DNA from: an uncultured delta proteobacterium
GTDB taxonomy: Bacteria; Desulfobacterota; Desulfobacteria; Desulfobacterales; JAHEIW01
Length of the DNA: 64,000 nucleotides
Assembly (NCBI GenBank): GCA_963706575.1
Contig: CAVPNL010000001.1
Location: 448,001 to 512,000 of the forward strand
Reading direction: 5' to 3'
Under the pieces are notes generated by a model. It did not search any database. It was not told the DNA's origin and saw only the letters and a list, made by a program, of their open reading frames with translations. The stretch's first letter is position 1. Each line of letters opens with the position of its first letter. The position numbers and the translations under genes were made by a program. This document shows, one piece after another, positions 47,761 through 58,615 of the stretch.

Positions 47761-49479
47761 CAGTTTGATCCGATTACGCTGGAGATTTTGTGGCGTCGAT
47801 TGATTTCGATTGTTGATGAAGCCGACGCTTCTGTTGCCCGAACCGCCTTTTCCAGCCTTTTGCGAGATGCCCACGACTATACCTGTATGTTTACCGACAG
47901 CCGGGGGCAGGAACTGGTTCAGGGCACCTTTTGCACACCGGGGCAGGCCGGCGCGATGGCCTTAGGGGTCAAAACGATCATCAATTCGATTCCGTTGGAG
48001 GATTATCGGCCGGAGGATGTGTATATTGTGAACGATCCCTGGTTGCTGGCGGGCCATTTAAATGACGTCTGTGTGTTAAGCCCGATATTTTATAAGGAAA
48101 AACCGGTGGCATTTACCGCCTGTGTCTTCCACCACTCGGATATCGGCGGCAGAGTGGCTTCCGATAACCGTCAGGTCTATGAAGAAGGGTTGTTTATCCC
48201 ACCGATAAAACTCTATGATGCCGGCGTCTTAAATGAATCGGTACTCAATATGATCCGATGGAATGTGAGAACTCCCGAAGAAGTCACCGGGGATATCCGC
48301 TCTCAGGTAGCTGCCAACCATGTTTGCTCGCAAAAGATCATCGAAATGCTAGCAGATGAGGGCCTGGATACGCTGGATGATCTGGCAGATGAGATTATTG
48401 GCCGGACTGAAACCAGCATGCGGGCCGCCATCGCAAAAATTCCCGATGGAATCTACCCTTACCAAGGTATTATTGAAGGGGCCGGCAAACGCAAGGATAT
48501 CACCATTAAATTAAGCGTACAGGTCGAGGGCAGCGATATTCATATCGACTTTGACGGAACATCTCCTCAAGTCGATTGGGGCGGCAATGTTGTCTATAAT
48601 TTTACCTATGCTTATGTTTTTATGGCGGTTAAAAGTGCATTCGATCCGGAAATCCCCATCAATGAGGGCGCTATCCGGCCTGTAAAGATGACCGCGCCGG
48701 AGGGCAGTGTGGTCAATTGCAAGTTTCCGGCAGCTGTGGCCGCCCGTATGCAAATCGGTCATTTTATGACCGAGATGGTGTTTAAAGCATTAGCGAACGC
48801 AACACCGGATAACATCATTGCCGAAAGCGGCGGCACACCGGCGCAGACCAACATTTTTTACGGCAAGCGCCATAACGGCAAGCCCTGGCTGACCATGATC
48901 ATTCGCGGTGGCGGAATGGGCGCCAGCAGTAAAATGGATGGCCACCATTGCGCCATTTTCCCGGCAAACGGCGCGAATACCCCTGCGGAAATCTTTGAAA
49001 GCGACACGCCGCTCATTGTGGAAGAGCGCAGCCTGATGCGCGATTCCGGTGGGCCCGGGAAGATGCGCGGCGGGTTGGGAAGAAAATTTGTGATCCGGGT
49101 ACCGAATGATGAATTTGCACCTGAACCACCGACTTCCATAGCGATTCAGGCGGGAAGGTTTCGTTACCCACCCCAGGGTTTGTTTCACGGAGGTGCTGCT
49201 AACAAGGCAAAATTCATCGTTAATGAGCAGCCAGGGGATCCCAGCGGTTTGACCCTATGTGAATCCGGTGATGTTATTCAATTCCAAAGCGCCGGTGGAG
49301 GTGGTTACGGTGACCCGTTAAAGAGAGACCCGCTGGCAGTTGAACAGGACGTTCTTAACGAATATGTGAGCATTGAACAGGCGCGCAAGGATTACGGGGT
49401 GGTTATTCATCCGAAAACCCTGAAAGTTGATTTGGAGGAAACCAACAAGCTGCGCGCAGCTAGAAAAGGGAGTGAGTAA
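47680..49479 (+). CDS. Hydantoinase/oxoprolinase subunit B
   Basis: DPITLEI, RTAFS, NDPW..GHLND, HHSDIGG, EEGL, DSGGPG..RGG, GGGGYGDP. Confidence 0.93.
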   Translation: MKDKRGSRENISKKETDPQSAIRNPKSQFDPITLEILWRRLISIVDEADASVARTAFSSLLRDAHDYTCMFTDSRGQELVQGTFCTPGQAGAMALGVKTIINSIPLEDYRPEDVYIVNDPWLLAGHLNDVCVLSPIFYKEKPVAFTACVFHHSDIGGRVASDNRQVYEEGLFIPPIKLYDAGVLNESVLNMIRWNVRTPEEVTGDIRSQVAANHVCSQKIIEMLADEGLDTLDDLADEIIGRTETSMRAAIAKIPDGIYPYQGIIEGAGKRKDITIKLSVQVEGSDIHIDFDGTSPQVDWGGNVVYNFTYAYVFMAVKSAFDPEIPINEGAIRPVKMTAPEGSVVNCKFPAAVAARMQIGHFMTEMVFKALANATPDNIIAESGGTPAQTNIFYGKRHNGKPWLTMIIRGGGMGASSKMDGHHCAIFPANGANTPAEIFESDTPLIVEERSLMRDSGGPGKMRGGLGRKFVIRVPNDEFAPEPPTSIAIQAGRFRYPPQGLFHGGAANKAKFIVNEQPGDPSGLTLCESGDVIQFQSAGGGGYGDPLKRDPLAVEQDVLNEYVSIEQARKDYGVVIHPKTLKVDLEETNKLRAARKGSE

Positions 49480-49488
49480 GCCTAAATA

Positions 49489-49595
49489 ATTGCGGATTTC
49501 AGATTTCGGATTTCGGAATTGTTGACAGAATGAGCGACAGCGATTTAAGTCCAGGCCCTTTTCAATCCGAAATCCGCAATCTGCAATGCAAAATC
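49489..49595. repeat. 7-mer-period inverted-repeat element
   Basis: attgcggatttcagatttcggatttcggaatt ... aatccgaaatccgcaatctgcaatgcaaaatc. Confidence 0.8.
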
Positions 49596-49610
49596 AGGGA
49601 GAGTCCGACT

Positions 49611-50903
49611 ATGCCCAAAACCTTTATGCCCTCATTTACGAATATCGAAGATCTGAAAGCACATCAATTAAAGGGTCTTCAGTGGACGGTTGCCCATGCT
49701 TTTCAGGGCTCTGATTTTTATCGCGCAAAACTCGACGAAGCCGGGATCAGCCCCGCGGACATACGGTCTTTGGATGACATTTTAAGCTTACCGTTTACCA
49801 CAGCAGATGATCTGCGAGATGGGTATCCGTTTCCGTTGCTTTCAGTGCCCGAATCAAAGGTTGTAAGAATACATGCGTCATCCGGTACCACCGGTAAACG
49901 TAAAATTCTGTCATATACTCAGAAGGATATCGACGATTGGATACATTTTTTTGCCCGATGCTATGAGTTGGCCGGTTTGACTCAGGAAGACCGGGTGCAG
50001 ATCGCAGTCGGCTACGGCGTTTGGACGGCCGGGGTGGGATTTCAAATGGGGTGCGAAAAGTTTGGTGCAATGGCGCTTCCGGTCGGTCCCGGTAATGTGG
50101 ACATGCAATGTCAGTTTCTGGTGGATATACAACCTACTGCCATGTGCTGCACGGCCTCCATGGGCCTGCTGATGGCAGAAGAAATCAGAAAAAGAGGCTT
50201 GAAGGATAAAATTGCCCTTAAAAAAATGATATTCGGCTCCGAGCGCAGCAGCGATGCCATGCGCAAGCATATAAAAGAACTGCTGGGTCTGGAAGACATG
50301 TTTGATATTCCCGGCATGACGGAACTTTACGGACCGGGCACCGGGCTGGACTGTTACAAACATGAAGGTATCCACTACTGGGCGGATTACTTCATCATCG
50401 AGATCGTCGATCCGGTAACACTGGAACCGGTAACGACGGGCGAAACCGGCGAAATGGTACTCACCACTTTGTGCAAGGAAGCGGCGCCTCTAATTCGTTA
50501 TCGAACCCGGGATTTGACACGGCTGATCGATCATCCGTGTTCATGCGGCAATATTTTACCGATGCACGACCGCATTTTAGGGCGGTCGGACGATATGATC
50601 ATATTTAGGGCCGTTAACATTTATCCCGGCCAGATTGACCAGGTGCTTTCGGCCATTCCCGATGCCAGTTGCGAATATCAGGTCCACCTGGACAGAAAAG
50701 AAGACGGCAAAGACCACATGTCCATTCGGGTGGAGTGCGGGGAAGACTTTGATCAATCGCGCAAACCGGAGCTCGCCCAGACAATTGTTAAGGAAATTAA
50801 AAACAAGATAATGGTCAGTGCTGAGGTGGAAGTGCTGGACTATGGGTCTCTGCCCAGATCGGAAAGGAAATCCAAACGGTTTTTCGATAACCGCTTAGAT
50901 TAG
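49611..50903 (+). CDS. Phenylacetate-CoA ligase family (aryl-acetate CoA ligase, IaaB-like)
   Basis: HASSGTTGK, YRTRD, GRSDDM, NIYPGQI; start after an AGGGAG RBS. Confidence 0.9.
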   Translation: MPKTFMPSFTNIEDLKAHQLKGLQWTVAHAFQGSDFYRAKLDEAGISPADIRSLDDILSLPFTTADDLRDGYPFPLLSVPESKVVRIHASSGTTGKRKILSYTQKDIDDWIHFFARCYELAGLTQEDRVQIAVGYGVWTAGVGFQMGCEKFGAMALPVGPGNVDMQCQFLVDIQPTAMCCTASMGLLMAEEIRKRGLKDKIALKKMIFGSERSSDAMRKHIKELLGLEDMFDIPGMTELYGPGTGLDCYKHEGIHYWADYFIIEIVDPVTLEPVTTGETGEMVLTTLCKEAAPLIRYRTRDLTRLIDHPCSCGNILPMHDRILGRSDDMIIFRAVNIYPGQIDQVLSAIPDASCEYQVHLDRKEDGKDHMSIRVECGEDFDQSRKPELAQTIVKEIKNKIMVSAEVEVLDYGSLPRSERKSKRFFDNRLD

Positions 50904-50961
50904 CCTTGGTGTATCAAAAAAAGCACTTATTTTAAGAATAACGTTTAACCAATATCGCGAA

Positions 50962-51041
50962 AATTGGTTAATTGTTATTCGAATGTATCGAATAAAAGGA
51001 TTCAGCGGTCAGTTTTAAACTAATAACCAATAATAAATAAC
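50962..51041. repeat. Degenerate 7-mer inverted-repeat element
   Basis: aattggttaattgttatt ... aataaccaataataaataac. Confidence 0.5.
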
Positions 51042-51090
51042 TTTGAACACGAATTCCGGTCGGACCGGAATTAGAAGGGAGGATATTGAG

Positions 51091-52281
51091 ATGCTGCAAA
51101 AAGCGTTTATACCGTATGGAGGATATTTCAGCTCGCCGTTTTCCCGCTGGCAGGGGAGTCTGGCCAATGAGAACGCAATTACGTTAGGCGCCGCCACCGC
51201 CAAACGATGGCTGGCCCATAAAAATTGGGACCCGAAAGCAATCGAGTATCTGGTATTCGGGATTACGATTCATCAAATTTATGGCTTTTACGGCAGCCCT
51301 TATGCGGCAGCGTTGATGGGGTGCCCGAATATTCCAGGCGTGCTTCTCAGCCAGGCCTGCACCACTTCAACTACCGGTATCTGGCAGGCCGCCATCGGTA
51401 TTGAGACCGGGACCTATGAGAATTGCTTCTGTCTGATGGTCGATCGCTGTTCCAACGGCCCGCATGCCATCTGGCCAAACCCCCAGGGACCCGGCGGCCA
51501 GGTCATATCCGAAGACTGGGTGATGGATAATTTCGCCAAGGATCCGTGGGCCGGCGGCGCCATGATCCAAACGGCGGAAAATGTGGCCAAGGATGCCGGT
51601 ATTACCCGGGAGCAATGTGATGCCCTGACTTTGAGACGCTACCAGCAGTATCAGGATGCCTTGGCAGACGACCGCGCCTTTCAAAAACGCTACATGTTTC
51701 CCGTCGAGGTCGCGGTTTCCCGAAAGAAGACCATTCTGGTGGAGGCTGACGAAGGTGTGATGGAGACCACCGCCGAAGGACTGGCCGGACTCAAACCGGT
51801 CATGCAGGATGGTGTGCATACCTTCGGCGCTCAGACTCATCCGGCTGACGGAAACTGTGGTCTGGCGGTAACGACCCGTGAAAAAGCCAAAGAGCTGAGT
51901 GCTGATCCGAATATTGAAATTCAACTGATCTCTTATGGCTATGCACGCGCCAAAAAGGGCTATATGGCCGCAGCCGTGTATCCGGCTGCGCAAATGGCGC
52001 TCGACAAAGCCGGTATCAGTGCGCAGGACGCTAAGGCTATCAAAACCCACAACCCCTTTGCGGTCAACGACATTTACCTGGCCCAGAAATTAAATGTGGA
52101 TGTCGATCAGATCAACAACTATGGCTGTTCGATGATATACGGCCATCCTCAGGCACCCACTGCCGGGCGCAGCATCATAGAGGGAATTGAGGCCGTGGTT
52201 ATGGCCGGCGGCGGCTATTTGCTCTGGGGCGGCTGTGCGGCAGGAGATACCGGCGGCGGAATGGTACTGAAAATTGGATAA
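51091..52281 (+). CDS. Thiolase family protein
   Basis: SQACTTS, HPADG, THNPFA, YGHPQ, GCAAGD; GGAGG RBS. Confidence 0.88.
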   Translation: MLQKAFIPYGGYFSSPFSRWQGSLANENAITLGAATAKRWLAHKNWDPKAIEYLVFGITIHQIYGFYGSPYAAALMGCPNIPGVLLSQACTTSTTGIWQAAIGIETGTYENCFCLMVDRCSNGPHAIWPNPQGPGGQVISEDWVMDNFAKDPWAGGAMIQTAENVAKDAGITREQCDALTLRRYQQYQDALADDRAFQKRYMFPVEVAVSRKKTILVEADEGVMETTAEGLAGLKPVMQDGVHTFGAQTHPADGNCGLAVTTREKAKELSADPNIEIQLISYGYARAKKGYMAAAVYPAAQMALDKAGISAQDAKAIKTHNPFAVNDIYLAQKLNVDVDQINNYGCSMIYGHPQAPTAGRSIIEGIEAVVMAGGGYLLWGGCAAGDTGGGMVLKIG

Positions 52282-52376
52282 AAATACGAATCACCTTTTG
52301 CTGTTTACCTGAATAAATTAATTTATTAATCTACTTTAAATAGTTCGCTTAAATAATTGTTATTTAAGAGGTTTAT

Positions 52377-53276
52377 ATGAGACAATTCACCTATCTCATG
52401 CCAAAAACATTAGATGAAGCCATTTCCTTACTGGAATCTCATGGAGAGCGGGCCAAATACATGGCCGGAGGAACTGACGTATTGGTTAAAATCAAAGAGG
52501 GCAAAGTCGCACCGGATTATCTGATTTCCTTGAAACATATCATCGGTCAGGATCGCCCCTTTTTGAATCATGAAACCGGAGAGCTTTATATTGGCGCGTT
52601 TTGCACCCATCGTTCGATAGAACTATCAACACTGGTGCAGCATCAATACCCCATTATCCATGATGCCGTAAAAAATATCGGATCGGTGCAGATCCGGAAT
52701 GTGGCAACCATTGGCGGGAATCTGGTCAACGCCGTACCTTCGGCCGATGGTGCCATTCCGCTAATTGCGCTGGACGCGAAAGCCAATATTTATGGCACAA
52801 AGGGCTTGCGTTCGATTGATCTCAAACGGTTTTTTCTGGGACCGGGGCAATGCGATCTCGAGGGAGGAGAAATACTAACCGAGATCGTGATTCCCCCTTT
52901 AGCGCCTCGAACCGGCAATGCGTATATAAAACATGGCAGAAGAGAAGCCATGGAGCTGCCCATGCTGGGGGTAGGGGTTCTAGTGAGTCTAGAGGAAGAC
53001 ATGGCCACCTGCGCGAAAGCAAGGATTTGTCTGGGGGTTGCGGCTCCCACACCTTTCAGGGCGTTGGAGGCCGAGAAATACCTTAAAGGAAAAACCGTAG
53101 ACGAAATTAACCTGTCTGAGGCCGGCAGGATCGCCGGCCAGGAATCCAGGGTTCGAGATAGCATCCGGGGAGTTGCCTGGTACCGCAGGGAAATGGTCGG
53201 CGTGCTTGTCAAACGCATGGGTTTGAAGGCTCTGGAGCGGGCCAAGGAGAAGAATAAAAAAAGTGATGAGGACTGA
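52377..53276 (+). CDS. XDH-family FAD subunit (no Fe-S insertion)
   Basis: MAGGTD, QIRNVATIGGN, PSADG. Confidence 0.9.
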   Translation: MRQFTYLMPKTLDEAISLLESHGERAKYMAGGTDVLVKIKEGKVAPDYLISLKHIIGQDRPFLNHETGELYIGAFCTHRSIELSTLVQHQYPIIHDAVKNIGSVQIRNVATIGGNLVNAVPSADGAIPLIALDAKANIYGTKGLRSIDLKRFFLGPGQCDLEGGEILTEIVIPPLAPRTGNAYIKHGRREAMELPMLGVGVLVSLEEDMATCAKARICLGVAAPTPFRALEAEKYLKGKTVDEINLSEAGRIAGQESRVRDSIRGVAWYRREMVGVLVKRMGLKALERAKEKNKKSDED

Positions 53277-53367
53277 GGACTGAGAGGAAGAATTGCGGAT
53301 AGAAACGAGGAGTAAGATCTAAAACAGAAATAATCTAACGATTGATAAATAAAATCCGGAGGATTTT

Positions 53368-53889
53368 ATGGCAAGAGAAATATCGTTTGTGTTTAACGGA
53401 AATCCAATGAAAATGATGATCGCGGACCATTGGACGCTGTTGCATCTGATTCGGGAAGAATTGGGTTATACCGGAACCAAGGAGGGTTGCGGCAGCGGTG
53501 AATGCGGGGCCTGTACGGTTATTGTGGACAACGAAGCCGTCAACTCCTGTCTTTACCTGGCAGCAGAAATCGACGGCAAACAGTTAACCACGATTGAAGG
53601 ATTGGCCGCCGCAGATGGAACCCTGCACCCCATTCAGAAGTCTTTTGTCGAAAATGGCGGCATTCAGTGCGGATTCTGCTCGCCGGGTATGATCCTGTCG
53701 GCCAAGGCCCTGCTGGATAAAACACCCAACGCTCCCGAGGAAGAGATCAAGGAGGCGATTGCCGGTAATTTATGCCGCTGTACCGGATATGTTCAGATCA
53801 TCGACTCGATTAAAGCCGTTAGCGGACACGGCGAAGATGAACCTCGCGTGGTTGCTTTTAAGGCCGAAAACGGAGATCGCGGAGAATAA
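53368..53889 (+). CDS. XDH-family 2x[2Fe-2S] subunit
   Basis: GCGSGECGAC, QCGFC, CRCTGY. Confidence 0.93.
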   Translation: MAREISFVFNGNPMKMMIADHWTLLHLIREELGYTGTKEGCGSGECGACTVIVDNEAVNSCLYLAAEIDGKQLTTIEGLAAADGTLHPIQKSFVENGGIQCGFCSPGMILSAKALLDKTPNAPEEEIKEAIAGNLCRCTGYVQIIDSIKAVSGHGEDEPRVVAFKAENGDRGE

Positions 53890-53902
53890 AATTCGCTATT
53901 GC

Positions 53903-53995
53903 ATCGCGGCAAGATGCCGCTCCCACATATTTTTTATAGGGTTAGACATAAGTGTTGTGATTGAATAGATAGTGGGAGTGGCTTCCAGCCTCGAT
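53903..53995. repeat. Inverted pair of REP-like palindromes
   Basis: atcgcggcaagatgccgctcccac ... gtgggagtggcttccagcctcgat (GTGG-type REP form). Confidence 0.7.
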
Positions 53996-54029
53996 TTGTA
54001 CCGAGTTTAATAATTTGAGGAGAAAATCG

Positions 54030-56357
54030 ATGCAAAACTTGTGTTCAGTCGGAAAAAGAGTTCCCAAGCTGGATGCGGTGGATAAGGCCACCGGGCGGGT
54101 CAAATATATTCAAGATCTTAAAGTCCCGGGGATGCTGTACGGGAAAATTCTTTACAGCAAGTATGCCCATGCGAAAATTGTAAAAATTGATACATCAAAA
54201 GCCAGGGAACTGCCCGGTGTTCTGGCGGTACTGACCGGGGAAGATATACCCGATATCCGCATGGGGGTCTATAAAGACAATCGCCCGTTAAAGAAGGGAA
54301 AAGTGTGCTCTTTTCGCGACGAGGTCGCGGCTGTGGCGGCCACCACACCTGAAATCGCCCAGGAGGCGTTGAAACTCATCGAGGTGACCTATGAAGCCCT
54401 GCCGGCCGTTTTTGACCCTGAGGAGGCCATGAAGGAGGGTGCGCCTCTGGTTCATGAAGCCCACAAGACCAATCTGCTGAAAATGCCATGGAAGCTGCAT
54501 TATGGAGACGTAGATGCAGCTAAAAAAGAGGCTGCTTATGTCGTTGAAGATCGATTCAGTACCACCTGGGTAACTCACTGCTGCCTGGGCACCAGCGGCG
54601 CCATTGCCGAGTTTGATCCCACCAATAATCTGACCATTCATTCCAATACCCAGATCCCGTCACTGGCGCAGAAGGATTTTCTCGATGTCCTCAAAACGAT
54701 GGGACTAAAAGATCGCAGGGTCAGGGTAATCAAACCCTGCATCGGCGGCGGCTTTGGCAGCAAACTGGACACCTATGCCTATGAATATATTGCCATTTTA
54801 CTGGCATTTTACACTCGCCGACCGGTGAAGATTGAATTTGATCGTACTGAAGAATTTGTTGCGACCTCCACCCGGCAGCCGACAATTGCTTATATCTCAC
54901 AGGGGTGCGACAAAAACGGAAAATTACTATTCCGGGATGTGTCCATGATTTTAGACAATGGTGCCCATACATCATGGGGCGCCACCACGCCGCATGTGAT
55001 GATGATGGCCATGACAACCCTGTATCGGATGCCCAATGTTCGCTATGAAGCCAAATGTGTTTACACCAACAACACCTATGCTCAGGCGATGCGCGGCTAT
55101 GGTAACCCCCAGGCAACTTTTGTGGTCGAAAGCTCGATGGACATGTTGGCTGAAGCGGCCGGTATTGATCCTGCTGAATTTCGGCGCATAAATGCCAACC
55201 AGTCCGGAGATGTGTCCACCCAGGGCCTGCGCATCACCACTTGCGGTCTGGAAGAATGCATGGATACGGTCAAGAAACAGCTCAAATGGGATCAACCGAA
55301 AAAGGAAGGTGAAGGGGTCGGCATGGCATCCCTGATTCATGTTGGGGGCGGTGCTCGGGTCTACAAATCAGATGGCTGTGGGACTATAATTAAAATGGAC
55401 GACTTTGCCAAAGTCGATGTTTTTACCGGCGCCACCGATATGGGGCAGGGGTCGGATACGGTTATCGCCCAGATCGTGGCCGAAGAGCTCGGCCTGGAAA
55501 TCGAAGATATTCATGTTATTCACAGCGACACGGATGTTTGTCCATGGGATGTCGGCGCGCATGCGAGCCGGACCACTTTTGTGGCCGGCAATTCGGCGCT
55601 GGGCGCAGCTCGCAAGATCAAGGCTCGTATTCTTGAGCTGGGCGCCAAACAACTCGAAGCGCCTCTGGAAAAAATACATTTACAAAACCGACATCTCATT
55701 CATAAAGAGGATCCGGAAAGGAAGATGGAAATCGGAAAGCTTTTGAGAAAAGCGCATTTCAGCCACGGTGGACAAATGCTGATGGCCGAATATTTTTACG
55801 ACCCGGACAACGAAAATGTTGGAAAAGATTTCCGTGGCAACACCTCTATGACCTATACTTTCGGTACGCATGGCGTCAGGGTAAAGATAGACGAAGAAAC
55901 CGGAAAGATAAAAATTCTTAAATATGTTGCCGCGCATGATATCGGCAAAGCCATCAATCCACTGCTTCTGGAAGGTCAGGTGTACGGCGGTGTTATGATG
56001 GGTGTCGGTTATGCACTGACCGAACAGATTCTCTGCGAAAAGGGACAAAATATGAACCCGAATTTCAGGGATTATAAGATTCTGACCGCCAAAGATGTCG
56101 TACCGATTGAGGCACCGGTTCTTGAAACTTACGATGAAGACGGGCCTTTCGGCGCCAAAGGCATCGGTGAGCCGGGCTGTGTACCGACGGCTCCGGCAAT
56201 CGCGAATGCGATTTACAATGCCATCGGAGTGCGCATCAAAGATTTACCGATTACACCAGAAAGAGTTCTGGCAGCAATCAGAGAGAAGAAAGGTCTGGAT
56301 CTGTGCGGACAGGAATCGGGAAAAGATGATGCGGAGGAATGTATCATAGAGGAGTAA
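54030..56357 (+). CDS. XDH-family molybdopterin subunit with canonical active site
   Basis: SNTQ, IGGGFGSK, AMRGYG, MGQG, GAKGIGEPG. Confidence 0.92.
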   Translation: MQNLCSVGKRVPKLDAVDKATGRVKYIQDLKVPGMLYGKILYSKYAHAKIVKIDTSKARELPGVLAVLTGEDIPDIRMGVYKDNRPLKKGKVCSFRDEVAAVAATTPEIAQEALKLIEVTYEALPAVFDPEEAMKEGAPLVHEAHKTNLLKMPWKLHYGDVDAAKKEAAYVVEDRFSTTWVTHCCLGTSGAIAEFDPTNNLTIHSNTQIPSLAQKDFLDVLKTMGLKDRRVRVIKPCIGGGFGSKLDTYAYEYIAILLAFYTRRPVKIEFDRTEEFVATSTRQPTIAYISQGCDKNGKLLFRDVSMILDNGAHTSWGATTPHVMMMAMTTLYRMPNVRYEAKCVYTNNTYAQAMRGYGNPQATFVVESSMDMLAEAAGIDPAEFRRINANQSGDVSTQGLRITTCGLEECMDTVKKQLKWDQPKKEGEGVGMASLIHVGGGARVYKSDGCGTIIKMDDFAKVDVFTGATDMGQGSDTVIAQIVAEELGLEIEDIHVIHSDTDVCPWDVGAHASRTTFVAGNSALGAARKIKARILELGAKQLEAPLEKIHLQNRHLIHKEDPERKMEIGKLLRKAHFSHGGQMLMAEYFYDPDNENVGKDFRGNTSMTYTFGTHGVRVKIDEETGKIKILKYVAAHDIGKAINPLLLEGQVYGGVMMGVGYALTEQILCEKGQNMNPNFRDYKILTAKDVVPIEAPVLETYDEDGPFGAKGIGEPGCVPTAPAIANAIYNAIGVRIKDLPITPERVLAAIREKKGLDLCGQESGKDDAEECIIEE

Positions 56358-56365
56358 CCTCGCCA

Positions 56366-56490
56366 GGATTTCGGATTTTAGATTTCGGATTTGTTGCAAA
56401 TGATGTTCAACAAAGTATCAAATTTCAGGTTATCTTCAAAAATCCGCAATCTGCTTTTTGATGTATTTTTAATCGACGCAATCCAAAATT
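56366..56490. repeat. Degenerate 7-mer inverted-repeat element
   Basis: ggatttcggattttagatttcggattt ... aatccgcaatctgc ... gcaatccaaaatt. Confidence 0.65.
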
Positions 56491-56502
56491 TAACAATTGC
56501 CT

Positions 56503-58609
56503 ATGAACTTCAAGATTGGAATTGATGTAGGGGGAACATTTACCGATTTTTTACTGGTCCTGGATGACGGTTCCTCCAAAATCTACAAGGTTCTTTCCAC
56601 CCCACAGGACCCTTCCATAGCGACCATGACCGGCCTTGGCGAAATGGCATCCGATCAGAATCTGAGTCTCGCAGGAATTTTTGGAGCGTGTCGCCGTTAT
56701 TGTTCATGGAACAACGGTAACGACCAATGCCGTTCTGACCTATACCGGTTCTAAAACCGCCCTGCTGACCACCGAAGGGCTGCGAGACACTCTTGAGATG
56801 CGAAGAGGCATCCGGGAGCGTCAATACGACAACCGTTATCCGAATGTTGAGCCGCTTGTCGAACGATACCTGAGAATACCCGTGGAAGAACGAATCGATT
56901 ATAATGGCGAAGTCGTTATTGCATTAAAGCGGGCGGATGTGGAAAATGCCGTCGATTTTATGGTTCAGGAGGGCGTTGAAGCCATCGGCGTTTGTTTTAT
57001 GAATGCCTTCGCAAACAATCAGCATGAGGAAGAGGTGGGCGGAATCATTCAGCAAAGGATTCCACAGGCCTATCTGACGATATCGAGTCGGCTGCTGCCA
57101 TCCATTCGTTTTTACGACCGGGTGAGTACCACGGTTCTAAATTCTTATGTCGGCCCTACGCTAAAACGCTACCTCTCCGCTTTGATCTCTAAACTGCAGC
57201 AGGCAAAATACGAAGGTATCCTCCTGATCATGCAATCCAACGGTGGTGTCGTGTCTCCGGAAGTGGCGATCGAAAGAGCTGCGGTTACCCTACTGTCAGG
57301 GCCCGCCGGCGGTCCGGTGGCAGGGGTGGAATATGCCGCTGCACAGGGATATGATGATTGCATCACCGTTGACATGGGTGGGACCAGTTTTGATGCTTCG
57401 ATGGTCAAGGATAAAACGCCCATGGTGACGACCAGCGGAGAGATCAACCGGCTCAAGCTTGCCCTGCCGATGCTGAATGTTGTCACGATAGGTGCCGGCG
57501 GCGGCAGCATTGGCTGGATCGATGAGGGCGGGCTGCTAAAGATGGGGCCTCAAAGTGCCGGCGCCAATCCGGGACCGGCGTGTTATGACCTTGGCGGGGA
57601 ATTGCCGACCTGTACCGATGCGGATCTGGTGCTGGGATACCTGGACAAGGACTTTTTCGCAGGCGGACGCATTTCTCTGAATCTGAATAAAAGCCGGGAT
57701 TCGATTGAGAAGCATATTGCCGGGCCATTGAAGCTCGATTTAGCAGAAGCTGCAGCCGGAATGTACAGCGTGATCAATGTAAATATGGCAGCTGCTGTTC
57801 GTGAAGTTTCGGTCAAGCAGGGATATGATCCCCGGGATTTTCCGCTGGTGATTGCAGGGGGGGCAGGTCCGAATCATGCGTGCATGATCGCCTTGGAACT
57901 GGAGATTCCGGTTATGATCATTCCCAAGGAATCATCAATCTTTTGTGCGGCCGGGATGCTCAGGTCTGATTTAAAGCACGATTTCGTAAACACCTATGCA
58001 ACAGAGCTAGACGCTGCCGATCCCGCCAGATTTAAAAAGTCATTTGGGGATATGAAAGCACAGGGAATCGAGCTTTTAATATCCGAAGGAATTCCGCAAA
58101 ATCGGATTGAGCATATTTTTTCCCTGGATTTGAGATATGTAAAGCAGTACCATGAGGTCAATGTCGAAATCTCCTTGCAAGAAATCGAACGGGCAGACTT
58201 CGGCTCTATCGCCACCCGTTTTCATAAAAAGCACAATGCGCTATTTGGCTATTCACTTGAAGAAGAACAAACTCCCGTGGAGCTGATTAACCTCAGGGTC
58301 ATGTGCATCGGTCAAACCGCAAAACCAAAATTTCAGCTGGAAGCATATGACGGTTCAGATCCGTCAAAGGCCCACAAGAAAAGCCGGCAAATCTATTTGT
58401 CCCTGCAAAAGTCCTTTAAAACGGTGGATGTTTTTGACGGCGCCAAACTTAGATTCGGTAACAAGGTCGTTGGGCCCGCTGTCATCGAGCAGGTCAATAC
58501 CACCACCTTTGTAGCGCCGGAATTCAGCCTGCTGGTGGATAAATTCGGGTCGTATACCATGTACATGAAAACCCATGAAGAAGCGGCCGAAAAAAGAATA
58601 TTGAATTAA
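56503..58609 (+). pseudogene. Second hydantoinase/oxoprolinase subunit A, split by a +1 frameshift
   Basis: IDVGGTFTD in the first ORF; HGTT, LSGP, DMGGTS and IGAGGGS in the second. Removing one base near 56669-56676 joins them. Confidence 0.8.
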
Positions 58610-58615
58610 GCAAGC

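Noticed and set aside
45282..49595. Recurrent GATTKCG/AATCCGC repeats as a CRISPR array
   Set aside because: They are 7-mer tandem units in inverted arms, without constant 25-40 bp repeats, unique spacers or cas genes.
49530..49610. Repeat-derived N-terminal extension on the CoA ligase
   Set aside because: A good RBS (AGGGAG) and ATG at 49611 follow the repeat arm, so the extension is unnecessary.
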